64,000 nt of DNA from Amoebophrya sp. A120 (Eukaryota > Protista > Dinoflagellata), in NCBI GenBank assembly GCA_905178155.1, contig CAJINV010000006.1, positions 1,303,876-1,367,875 of the forward strand, given 5' to 3'. Below are positions 49,015-61,100 of this stretch, piece after piece. Both the position numbers and the translations under genes were made by a program. The notes beneath the pieces were generated by a model. That model was not told the DNA's origin and did no database searches. It was given only the letters and a program-made list of their open reading frames with translations. The first letter of the stretch is position 1. Each line of letters begins with the position of its first letter.

Positions 49015-51757
49015 AGCTCGGTTGTTCCGTGGAACATGGACATCAAGACGCCAGTCTTTTGTGTATTGGGCGCAGCTCATGTGGCGCACCGGCTGACGAA
49101 GAGGGCAGGCTGGCACGCAGCGCATGCGGCGCGCGATGATGTTCCTGCGGATAAAGGGCCAAAAGACATCAACGCGAAGGAACAAGACAAGCAAAGGCAG
49201 ACAAACTGCATGCGGGGCAGGCGGGGCGTTAACGAGCAGCGCCCACAACCGTGTGGCCGGCGCCGAAGCCCGCCAGCCTGCGCTCGCTCTTAGATTATGG
49301 CCATGCAGATTGCGTTGTGGCTGTGCGCGTCTGCGCCTCCCCACCTGTGTTGTAGCGTTGTCTCTTTGGTGTGATGGCGGGCCGCTTTGGCGTGGGGCAA
49401 TGCAAAATCCTAGAAGCGGCCGGGGGGCCAAAGGATGAGCGACAAAGAAAAGAGAGTCCATCCGGGCCACTAAAGAACGAAAACGAAAAAGCGAAACAAG
49501 GAAAGAAAAGAGGCCCGCGGCGCCAGTCAGTTCTCCTTTGTCTGTGTGTGCTTGTCTTGATGCCAATCCGGGGTCGGTGCCTCCGCACATAGCGAAAAAA
49601 AGCAAGAAGGCCCCGCGTTGCTTTGGTGTGGATCGATGTGGAGGCCTTTTGTGCCAAAGGCCGCCGCCTCTACTCTCGCGGGCCATCATCGTCGTGCTCA
49701 CTGGTCAAGATGCCTCATGGGCCAGCTAGTTCGTAGACGCTGGATACAAGGCGGCCCATGCGAGTTTGTTTGCTTTCTTGCGGAGGCGTGGGCGCCCCAA
49801 GTGCAAGAACTGCAACGCCCACTGTTCGCATTCGTGCAATCATAAAAAAAAAGCTGCCAGATGGAAAAGATCTCGAGACCAAAACACAAAGACCTGCGGC
49901 CTTTGAGCGCAACGAGTCAGTGCTCTGCCGAATTCGCACCCACTCAATTTATAGAAAAAATTATCTATTTTTATCGCTAGCAAAATCCGGAATTAAGGAC
50001 TTTTGTCCGGCCATAGGTTGTTCCGTGTAACATGGACATCAAGACGATCATGCTTAGGAACGGCTGACAGGGGGGCAGGAAAAAAGATGGCGGCGGGCGC
50101 CCAGGAAGCTCACAAGGGCAACAGGGGCGGAATCGGGGGCGAAAGGGCGCCCGGCCCGTTGCATCTCTTCGGCTGTGGGTCCCGAAGCGGCACCGCCGTC
50201 GGCCGGAGTGCTCGGCACCGACTGGGCCCCGGGCCGCCTCGCTTGGGGCGGCCGTTGTTTCTCGGTGGAGCGTTGCGCGCCGGCGCCGCCCCGGGACATA
50301 CAAGATGGCGCGCCAAACGGCGGGCCCGTGCAGCAGACCGCGCAACTTCAGGAATGCGGCGCAGCCTCCGGCAATTGACGTTGCTTTACTCACCCCCGGA
50401 GCTGTGTTTTCAGTGTGTTGCCACGGCTTGCTTTTGGTCGCAAGCCAGGCAGCTGAAGCGCCGCGGCTGCCTTCGAATGGTTCGGGCCGGAGGTCTCGGA
50501 TAGGTGCCAGAGTCCTCGGAGCTGTGGCGTTTTTTGCCGCGGAGGGGTTGCGCTTTGGCGCGTCATTTTTTCGGGCTCCCGGCGCGCCCGAAAATCGGTT
50601 TTGTAAATCGCATTGTAAAAGTGTTTTTTCAGCTTTTTGTTTCAAAAAATCGAAAAACGAAAATGCGCGTTTTGTATTTTGTTACAGCATACGGTTGTTC
50701 CGTGTAACATGGACATCAAGACGATCATGCTTTGAAATAAGTAAACTAGCTGTTATCCGTGTGACCGCCATTTTTGATGTTGTACACAGGTAGGTACAGC
50801 GAGAGAATGGTAGACTCTAGTTTCATAAAAAGTGCAAGAAGAAAAGATCGGTTCGTGCACCAGAAGTCGTTCGTGCGCAGACAGACAGACAGAAATATCG
50901 GGTTAGCGAAGGGTGCAGATGGACCACGTTTCCGTCGGTGAAGGTACCGCTTTTCGTACACAGTATGGAAAAGTAAAAGCGTGTAGCGGCCGTGCAGGCA
51001 CGGGAAAAGTAGAACGATAGATAAGAAACAGAATTTTTCGTGGCGGGCCGAGATTGTACTCAAAAAATTTGTACAGGGAAGAGGCAAGGAAAGAAAGTAG
51101 AAGGGAACCCCCCTCCCCAGGGTAGGAAAAGAAAGGGCGGCCCCGGCTCGCGATGGCCCGTTCGCCCAGGGCAGCAGGGCGCGCGTGCTACCGCGTGCGG
51201 GCCAGAAAGCGGAGGAGGCTGCTTGTAGGCGTAGGATCGTAGCGGCGGGCGGGTAGGCGTAGGGCCAGTCAGCGGCGGGCGGCTCCATTGTCCGCCCCTT
51301 AGTCAGTGGCGGCCCCTTGGTCAGCGGCGGCCACCGGGTTACTTAGGGGCGGCCGGACTCACGAGTCAGCGGCGCGCGGTCCATCGGGCCGGGGGTTGCC
51401 CGGCTGGTTCCACAGGCGGGGCCGCGGGCTGGCTGGCTGGTTGAGGTTGGCCTGGCCCTCATAGGAAATGGCGCCCGGAAGCAAAAGAGCGCCCGGCAGG
51501 CGCAAGCCTGCCCTCGGGCAGTAGCTTTGCAACGCTCAACCTCTGGAGCCTTCGCGCACAGATGCTTGCTTTACACGTCCCGGCTCCGCAGCCTACGCAG
51601 CTCGTCCCAGTGCCGAGGCCTACGCAGCAAGGGTTTCAGGGTTAAAAGGTTTAGTTTAGGGCTCCTATCATGATTTTAACCACCAAGAACGACTCCGACA
51701 GCTCGGTTGTTCCGTGTAACATGGACATCAAGACGATCATGCTTTGAAATAAGTAAA
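49015..51757. repeat. Four direct repeats (36, 40, 54, 58 bp) separated by three GC-rich inserts (965, 636, 954 bp)
   Basis: Core ggttgttccgtgtaacatggacatcaagacg (one mismatch in copy 1) at 49015-49050, 50016-50055, 50692-50745, 51700-51757. Confidence 0.92.
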
Positions 51758-52185
51758 TTCTTTCGGTCGGAAGTTATAATTCTTTCGGTCCCTCTCGTCC
51801 AGCACAAAACCCTTCGTCGCAGATTAAGGCGGTCAACATCAACAGACAGTCATCTAAGTCCATCCCTACTGGTATGACAAGAACTACTACCCATCATGAT
51901 TATATCAGAAACAAAAAAACAACCCGCGCTGTAGTCCCCCCTGAAAGAATTTAGAATAGTAAAGCGCGCAGATGTTGAATGAATCGAAGAAGGAAATTGC
52001 ACCTTCTTCACCCGTTCAAGTAGATCTCCCCTACAACTGCAGGGTACAGCTGCCGTTTCCTGCAGTTTTTCTTCCCTAGATGTGTTATTTCAAAAAGAAA
52101 GAGCTTAAGTAAGTAGGCAAAGTACGGCTACGGCATTCGTATAAATATTATCAAAAACAAAACACAATAGTACATCGCAAAGATC

Positions 52186-55100
52186 ATGTCGGGGGCTGGA
52201 CATAACCCGAGCACGCTGAACTCCACCAGCCTGGTGGGCAGCGATGGCTACAACGAAAAGCAATACACTGCCTTGCGGGAGCCGCGAGGAGATGGAAGTG
52301 AACTCTTGCCACTCGATTACTTCAGGAATTCCACGGCCTCCGTGACATGTATGGGAGTGTCAGGATCGAAATCGACAAAATCGAAAAATTTGTCATGCAC
52401 AAAATGTAGAGCACTGAAGGCCTGTGTTGGGGAGCAGGCATATGGGACCGATTGCGAGCCTGTTTAGGCGTATGCAATGTGGTACCAGAGTAGCATGACA
52501 GGAGCAGCCTTCTTTGCCCAAACAGCATGACAGACTGGATTTGGGTGCTCCCGCAATTTGTCATGCGCCACTTGGAAACTGAGGCCCCAACTGGCATCGA
52601 TTTTGTGCATCACAAGTTTTTCGATTTTGTCGATGTCGATCCTGACACTCTCATAACATGTCCCGTCTACGCCTACTACAAATACCAGCCGCAGGTGGCC
52701 GAGGTTTGCCTGCACTGCCCCCGCATTGTCCGGCTCTGGCAGGACAAGAAAGACGACCCGAACGCCCGGCAGCAGGCGTCCAAGCTTATCAGATGAATGC
52801 ACAAGAACTTCAACTCCCCCTCACTTGTAATGCAAAACACCAACAAATCCACGCGTTGCCTGTGCCTCTTGGCACTGTTCGCATGACAAGTTCTGGCAGG
52901 GCCCAAATGGCACTACACTCCTGTGCAATAAATTTGTCATGCAAATAAACCTGCACTATTGCTGACGCTCCTTGTATTGCAGTTCATGCCATACAAATGA
53001 GGGGAGGGGGAGAAGTTGTGCACTGTTATAAAGCTACTGGGCGTGTCCGAAGCGGCGCTGGAGAAAAAGGGCGTGCCCCTATGCATTGCAAATTTGTCTA
53101 GGTGTGGAAGTAGAGTTCCAACTTGTCATGCAAAGTCTGGATCACGGGAACAAAATCTATGTTGTTGCGCGATTGCCATCAAAAGGTGCCAAGGGTTGAA
53201 CAAGTTGAGAGGGAGTAGTTGCTTCTCTTGCAGCACAGGCATGATGCAGTGACAGGTCTCAACACAAAATGTGTCATGCTACGACCTGCAGCATTCCCGA
53301 CCTTAATAAGGTTGAGAACAATGCTGCAGGTCCTAGCATGATAGGACCTGCGTGACAAGTCTTGCAAATGCAATCCCCCATCCCCAGACATGTTTGCGTT
53401 TGCCGTGGATAGCTTGCCGGCATGATCTGCCGGGAGGGGGGGCTGAAGCTGTGCCGTGCGGGCTACTACTGTCCAGACGTGGGTACGGAGCTCCAGGCGC
53501 CGAAGGGCTTTTACACGCGCTCCGGCTGGACTGAGCCCCGAGAATGTATCGGGCCCACGTGGCTGCGCGTATGAACTGCAAAAGTATCCGATACTTGTAT
53601 CAATGCATTACAAATTTGAATTTCATCCTCAGCATGAGAAATAAAATTTGTAGTGCGGATTTACTTTAGCAAAGGGATTTGTAATACATGATTGCAATAC
53701 GAGTGCGATACTGTTGCAATGCATAGCGCGACTGCCATACCAACTACCGGGAGCCGCCCTGGCAGGAGCGTGGGACCTTCTTTTCCGCTATCACAGGAAA
53801 AAGCGTTAACGTTAACGGAGTTTGTGATGCAGTAATGCATCACAAAACGTGCCAAGATTTCTCATGCATAGCATGCACGCTAGGCAAAATTTGTGATGCA
53901 TATTTGCAATCTATGAAAACCGTGAACGTTAACACTTTTTTGTTTGATATCCGCCTTTTTTGCGGAGCCGGTGATAGTCGAAAACTATTCCAACTTACCC
54001 ACCAAGCTGAAAACCACCAAGGGCTACTCGGCGCCGGAGATCCACGACGAATTGTTTTGGCTCCTCGCGGTCTTCATCTTCCTGATGGGTGTTTTTTCAA
54101 TATTTTGCCTGCAAACCTTTCGCGAGTACGTGATGAGCGGCAAACTGCCCCGGTCCTGGGAACAGTATGGATTGCAAAAGTATCGTTATGTATAAATTGC
54201 ATCACAAATTTCGGCAAGAACAGAAGTGGAATTTGTAATGCTGTTTCAGCGATTTCGATTTGGAAAGAGATTTGCCATGCATGATAACTGCAATTATCTA
54301 CTTATACGAGTGCGACACTTTTGCAGTGGATAAAGAGATCAAAAAAGCCTATCTCCCCGGCGGTAGTCACAAGCGGTCTGGCAAGCGTCGAGACAAACAG
54401 TTTCAGAGGCGGTATCAAATGTAAAAATGTCTGGGTCTTGAAAGTTGGAGCTTGTAATGCTAGCTTTACATTACTGGAAAATCTGTATAATTGCATAAGG
54501 AACAAGGGACGCAGCTACTTTTGTCATGCAAGAACGCAGTTTCTCATGCGGAATTTCTATGAGAAAGCATTCTGGAAAGTTGTCATGCTGGGCTGCATTC
54601 GGAAGTGTTTCCATCATCCACATTTTAGCATCACAAGTTTCCAGACCCAGACATTTTTGCATTTGATAGGCGGCGGGACCGGCTGAAAGCCTTTGTCTCG
54701 GACCACGACAAGAATTTTACGGAGGGGGATGCGGATATCGCAAGAAAAAAACTGTTTCACTGTAAACGTGCAATGCAGAAAATGCATCACAGAAGTGTTT
54801 GTCTCGCTACACATGCAAGACAAGCCGTGTGTTTTTCCCTTTGAGGGATCCTCACATGGCCAGTTTTCTTTGTCATGTGTAGTAACAGAGTTGTAAGGCC
54901 AAACTTGCAGAAATTTTGCAGCAAAATCCATACAGCGAGACAGTTTTTTCGTACGATAGCGGAGGATGACGAAGTTTATCACCTCCGCGACCTAGAGGAG
55001 GAGCTGTTGCACATGCTGGGCTACGAGCTAAAGGAAGAGAATCTCCTGGTGGAGACGGGCCTGCTGCAACATAATCAAGGTCACCAGCATCTAGTATCGA

Positions 55101-58100
55101 CGGTGGTGGACGACCCAAGTCATGTTGGCGGAAGAAGCGTCAAGAACAAGATTAAAAAACCTTCCGGAGATGTTAAAGGGGAGCAAGCGACGGGGGAAGA
55201 ACTCGTCTTGCAGGACAACTACTCATCTTCCGCTCTTCCTCCAGGGTCTTTCTCTGTGACGAAACGGGCTGAAGGAAGTGCGGTGGTCGAAGCGGGTGAT
55301 AATATCCTACTTGATGGAGTGGTTGTAGAAGACAACGACCTGTCCTATACCCCGCTCAGGTGTTACAATCTCAAACGTTACGAATAGAATAATGGAAATC
55401 TGTGTTGCCAGAGTGCATGATCTAGCCAACTCTCATAGGATTGCGCATGACAAGTTCCGGAGTCGGGAGTCCCAAACCCCACTACAATCTGGCGAAATTT
55501 GTATTGCAGAAAGTGGAACGCTCTGCGAGTCTGTCATGCTCATCATGCAACACAAAACCCAGATTCTATTGTAAAGTTTGAGATTGTAACGTTTGAGCAG
55601 GTCATATGTCCTTTCACAGTGGCGAAGAGGGCGAGGAAGAGGAAGATGAAGAACAATGCCAGCAGGACCGAGAAACCTCCGACCAGCATGATGTTGTCCA
55701 ATTTATGCCTTCATCTTCCCGCTCGAAAAATCCGAAAGCTGAGGGCGAGCAGGCGGCCTTGTCAACAACCTCTTCGAAGCAGGGCAATATCAGTGTTATT
55801 TCTGCGAAATCCCGTGCGATGCAGGTGCAGCAAAAACAGCAGGCCGCACGGGCCGCTGCGGGAACAGTGTCAGTGTCGATGAATCCAAATGCAACAGTAG
55901 CTTCCGTTGCAGCTGGTGGAACTTTTCCCAAGAAGGTGCGGTTAATCAATGAAGTGGATGTTGAAAAACAACCGTCCCGACTGCGTCACGAAGAAGGGGT
56001 GGAACTACAGCCGGTAAGAACAACATCTTCCAAGCCTTCTATGTCCTCTCCAAGGACAGAAATATCAAAACCTGTTCCAGTCGATGTAGGAGCCCACAGC
56101 TCCGATGAAGAGCCCGTCGTCCCCCCAGCCCTGCGCATCACGTTTGAAGACCTGGACTTCACGGTCGGACCGTATCAACTGTAAAAATGTCTGGGTTTGG
56201 AAGAATGCAAGTTTGTCATGCTTGTCTGGCATGACTCGAGAATGTGTGTTGCTTGGGCACGAAAAACCCTCTTACCTGTCATGCGAAAACGCAGTTTGCC
56301 ATGCGGAACACGTAAGACATGGTTTGTATGATGAGGTCGCCGAAAGTGCTGCCTCGCCCACCCCCCGGCGAGGGGATCCTTGACCTGTGGCGCTGGGTGC
56401 GGGTGTCCACTACATGATGATGACGTAAGACATGGCAGCCAAAAAATTTGTCATGCGTAGCTGCGTATTGCAGTGCGTCTACCATTCATTTTTAGCATTA
56501 CAAGTTTCCAGAGCCAGACCCAGACATTTTTGCATTTGATAGACCGAAAGCCGTGCTGAAATCGGTCAAAGGCTCCTTCGCCCCCGGCTCCCTCGTCGCG
56601 GTGATGGGCGCTTCCGGGGTATCGCGAGGAAAAAGCCCCCCTCCCCATATTGATGACAAGGTACGTTTTCGGAAATTTGTGTTGCTGTTTTGTGGCCACA
56701 AATCACGCCTGTCTTGCAAGGAGGCAACCCCACAGACAACCGCCGCGCTATGCGTTCGCTTTGTCGTGCTGTTGGGCCTACAGGAGCACGGACGTTTTTC
56801 ATGCTAGGCGCCTAGGCCAGAGCCTCTCTACTCAGGCTTGATATGGGTCATCTGCAGTCCTCTCCAGCAAGACAAAGCTGATTTGTGTACGCAGGTCCGG
56901 CGTCAGAAGTTTCGTTTTTATGTGGGGAGGGGGGATTTTTCGTTTTGATATTGGGCGGGAAAAACCTCCTTTGTGAATGTCGTGGCAAACAAACTCCAGT
57001 CTTACGCAAATGCCGGGCAGTTACGAATCGACGGGCAAATCCGGCTGGGGCTCGTGGAGGACGGCTGTCAACAGTTCCCGTCCGAGGTTGGCTACGTTCC
57101 GCAAGACAATGTGATGTTTGACGAACTTTCGGTGTGGGCCAACCTCTATTTCGCCGCCAAGCTTCGCATGCCGAAGGGGACCGAGGACCATAAGATCCGC
57201 AAAACGGTCGACAACGTGCTGAAGATTCTGGAAATCGATCATGTCCGGAATAGTCTAGTCGGTGGCGTGGAGCAACGGGGGATATCTGGCGGGGAGAAGA
57301 AACGGGTGAGTATCGGAATGGAGTTGGTCGCATTACCACGCGTGCTGTTTCTCGATGAGCCGACGTCCGGTTTGGACGCGGCGGCTTCCATGAATGTCTG
57401 CCGATGCTTACGAAGATTGCGGAAATTCAATGTTACCACGGTCTGTGTCATCCACCAACCACGGCAGTCGGCTTTCTTACTCTTCGACCAGTTGCTGTTA
57501 TTGGCGAAGGGACAAGTGGTGTATCTCGGGTCCCCGTTTGGCGCCATCGAGTACTTCATCCGGCTCGGGTTCCCGTTCACCACCGGGGAGAATGCGGCCG
57601 ACTGGGTGTTGGACGTGCTGGAGGGGTTACACACTTGTCGCTTCGACGACAAGGGAAATCGGGCGATCGACTACGCAGCGGAGCTATCCTGTGCAACAGC
57701 ATCGTACTCGTACTAGACGCAGTCACGCAAGACAAATTTCTTAGTCAAGCTAAATCAGCATGAGAAATTTCATTTGTTGTGCTGAGCTAATTTGTATTGC
57801 AATCCTACCACGAGTACGATACTTTTGCAGTTCATAGGAGCAGTCCGGAAACAACGACAATGGTGCCCGAGGTGCACCGGGCACGAAGAAATCCCTGAAA
57901 GTGATCATTTATCCTGAGTAAAAACGTCCCCACACGACCAGAGTTAAGATGGAAAATCTGCTAGACAAATCGACCAGCTTTGGTTATTTCGCATGACAAG
58001 TTTCGATCCTCGTAGTGTAGTCCTCGTTTTAGCTAGTTCAGCAGCATCACAGATCTAGCGCATCGTGCTGGTTCTAGCATCGCAAACCCCATCAAAACGT

Positions 58101-61100
58101 CACGACTATAAAACGCTTCTCATGGCGGATATGGGTTTTCCCGCATGAGAAACTTTTTTGGCATGCAGATTTGCGTAACAGCTCTGGGTTGGGGACGTTT
58201 TTATTCAGAATATCATTTCCGAGGCCATCAGCGATCATTGGCGCCTTCGTATCGCAAGAAAAAAGTGTTACAGTTACACATTGTGTTGCAAGACCGGCAA
58301 CACAGACAACCTTTCTCATGCAGGAAATGCTTGGGAGCCTCGTTTCCTCGCTGTTTTCCCTTATGGCCTTCGCATTACTCTGCCACACAGAGAAAATTTG
58401 TGATGCAGAAACTCCAGCAAATGTGTAAACTGTAACGCTTTTTTCTCGTGATACTTCGCGAGTCCAAGCACCGCTTTGGGGACGCAACGCTCACGGAATT
58501 GGAGACGCTGGAACGCATTGCCAGCTATTTTCTGCCGCGGGAAAACAGAAGCACCGCGGTTGCAGCGGCCCGCGACGTAGGTCTTTCATCAGCACAGCAG
58601 GGGAATAAACAACTCGATCACCAGCAGCGGCACCAGCAGTCGCATCAGGACATTGACTACATTAACAAGCGAAGCCAAAGGAGCAACCAGCCTTTGTCCA
58701 CCGCGGGAGTCGCCTTTAGAGCTGCGGGATCTTCGCAAAAACCCCCGCGGGGACACAGAGAAGGCAAAACTCAAAACCATGATCAACATCTACTTATGGC
58801 GGTCTCAAATCAGTTACATTCTGAACTGTTACATGAATTATTGCAAAAATGCAAGAACAGTAACAGTCAAAGGGGCAAGCTTGCTGCTTTCGCATCACAG
58901 CAGATTTGGCACAGATTTAGATGCTGTTTAGCCCTTGTTCGGAGATTTGTCATGCTAAGTATAGCTTGATCTTCGTCACTCAGTGACCGCCAGTGACGGT
59001 CACTGGCGGGCTAGGGTCGTAGTTTTCCTTGACAAAAAATCCCATACATAACAGTTGAGAATGTGCCTGATTTGAGAATCTCATACATCTTAGTGATCAG
59101 CGGTTAACTCGCGCGGCCACGCTTGAGGATGAGGACTATGATGACGCGTTATTCCAAACGACCCCGCCCGTGATGCCAAATAGGAAGATGAGCAGCGCAG
59201 AGATGGCGGCGATGTTCCTCAGTAAAAGCAACAGCAAGAGTACACTATTAAAACTTGCAAATGCGAGTCCCCTCCACCAGCACCCAGAGGGCGAGCGGAG
59301 GAGCGGCGGACCGACCACGGTGGAACAAAATTATGATTCATCGGACCCGGAAACGAGGACAACGACAAGTGCGGATATAATTCCTCGCTCGGGCAGAAGC
59401 ACTACTACCACCACCACCACCAGCTACCGTACCAAAGGCGTCACCAGCACCGTACGGCTTGCTCTTGCGCAGCAAACGGCCAAGGGCCGCCTTTCAAGAT
59501 CTACCAGCACTCCCGGCAGAAATAGAATGACAAGCACATCCAGAATGCTGACTACACCGAATGCTCGTTTAATGTTCCTCGGAGGGTCCACCTCGCAGGA
59601 GCCGCGCCAGATGTTCAGTCGGGGAAGAAGTACTCGGAAGAGTAACTACGACCGGCGGACGACGCACTTAGCGCCACCTTTGCCCGAGAGCAGGCTGTTT
59701 TTCAATGGGGAGGAGTACGAGAAATGGCAGGAGTTGGAAATTTTATTTCGGATCCTTTTCAACGTTGATGAGGAGGAGGAGGAAGACGAGGGCTTGGGAA
59801 GCGAGAGTAATTCCTACACGGAAGAGGAACAAGACTATGAGAGTGCACAACTCCCACCTCTCCCCGCCCTCATTTGTCATTGCAAAATACCAAATCCAAG
59901 CACTGGTCTGTGATATTGTGTTCGCATGACGGATTCCGGAAGCTGCTGCTGCCCAAAGAACAGTACTTACATTACAGAGTACTACATTACGTTCTATGCA
60001 CGGGCTCCACAGGTCGTGTGGGTGTTTGTATTGCTGTCCAAGCAACAATACAAATGAGGGGGAGGGGGCCGAGTTCTTGTGCCCTGTCATAAAGACAACC
60101 AAGAACAACCCGGTGGTGGAGCACGCTTTCGCACGCATGTGGTTCGAAGCCGCATTGACCCCGACCACGAGTTAGAGAGCCTCCAGTCGACGTCGAGCGC
60201 CATTAGTTCTTCACGGGGCTTCGTCAGCACTGCTACTATAAACAAGCCTGGACCACGTGGTCGACATGATAAACTGCCGAAAAGATTTTGGAACTCCGCT
60301 ATCAAAAGGAAAATGCCCCCTCCCCATATCGAAAACGAAATGTGTCTGTGTGATGCTGTATTTGAGTACACAAATCGACTTGTATTGCTAGAAGGCCAAA
60401 AGACGCATCTGTGGCCTGAATTGCACGCAATTTGTCATGCTGTTTCACACTTCCAGTTGCCTCCTGTCATGCTGAAGATGCAAGGCTTTCCCACGCCAGC
60501 CAGCGCTACAGTCCGCATCTTTTGCCTTCGAGCATGACAAAGCTGATTTGTGGCCACAAATCTGCATCACAGACTACCGCTTTGATATGGGGAGGGGGGA
60601 TTTTTCTTCTTGATATCCGCCCTGATCGCGCTTTCCGTCGAGGACGTCCAAGATGTGCTGGAAGACGTTCTCTCCCGGCCGATTTCGCACAAACTGGTGC
60701 GCGAACTGCTGGACAGCTACGAGGCCGAATTTGCAATGAAATTCCCGAAGGCTCTCACGCAGTTGGACGCAGCGACAAGTGGGCCTCGTGCTAGTAGCCC
60801 TTCCTTCGGCGCGCATCAAATTCAAATTCAGACTCACACAACTGTGGCGCGACGTGCTGAGGGTAGTTCTGTATCACGAGGAAAAATCCCCCCTCCCCAT
60901 ATCAAAAGGAAGTTTCTGATGCTGGATTTGCGTTTACAAATCAGGTCTGTCTTGCAGTAGAGGACAGCAGGCTCCTGCCAAGCCTGAGTAGAGAGCTTTT
61001 GGCCTAGGCAGTTAGCATGAGAAACGTGTATGCTGTAGGCCCAACAGCATCACAAACCGCCCGCATAATGCGGCAGAGCCTGTGGAGTTGTCTTCTTGCA

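Noticed and set aside
48997-50645. Minus-strand ORFs of 234 and 222 aa
   Set aside because: They cross insert/repeat junctions, lie in GC-rich DNA and show no domain motifs
49015-51757. CRISPR array
   Set aside because: Spacers are 0.6-1 kb, repeats differ in length, there are no cas genes and the context is eukaryotic; reported as a capture array instead
51700-51757. U1 snRNA-like words on the minus strand (TACTTA, CATGATC, TCCAT...CGGA)
   Set aside because: Spacing is far too compressed and no stems or Sm site are evident; would need an Infernal hit
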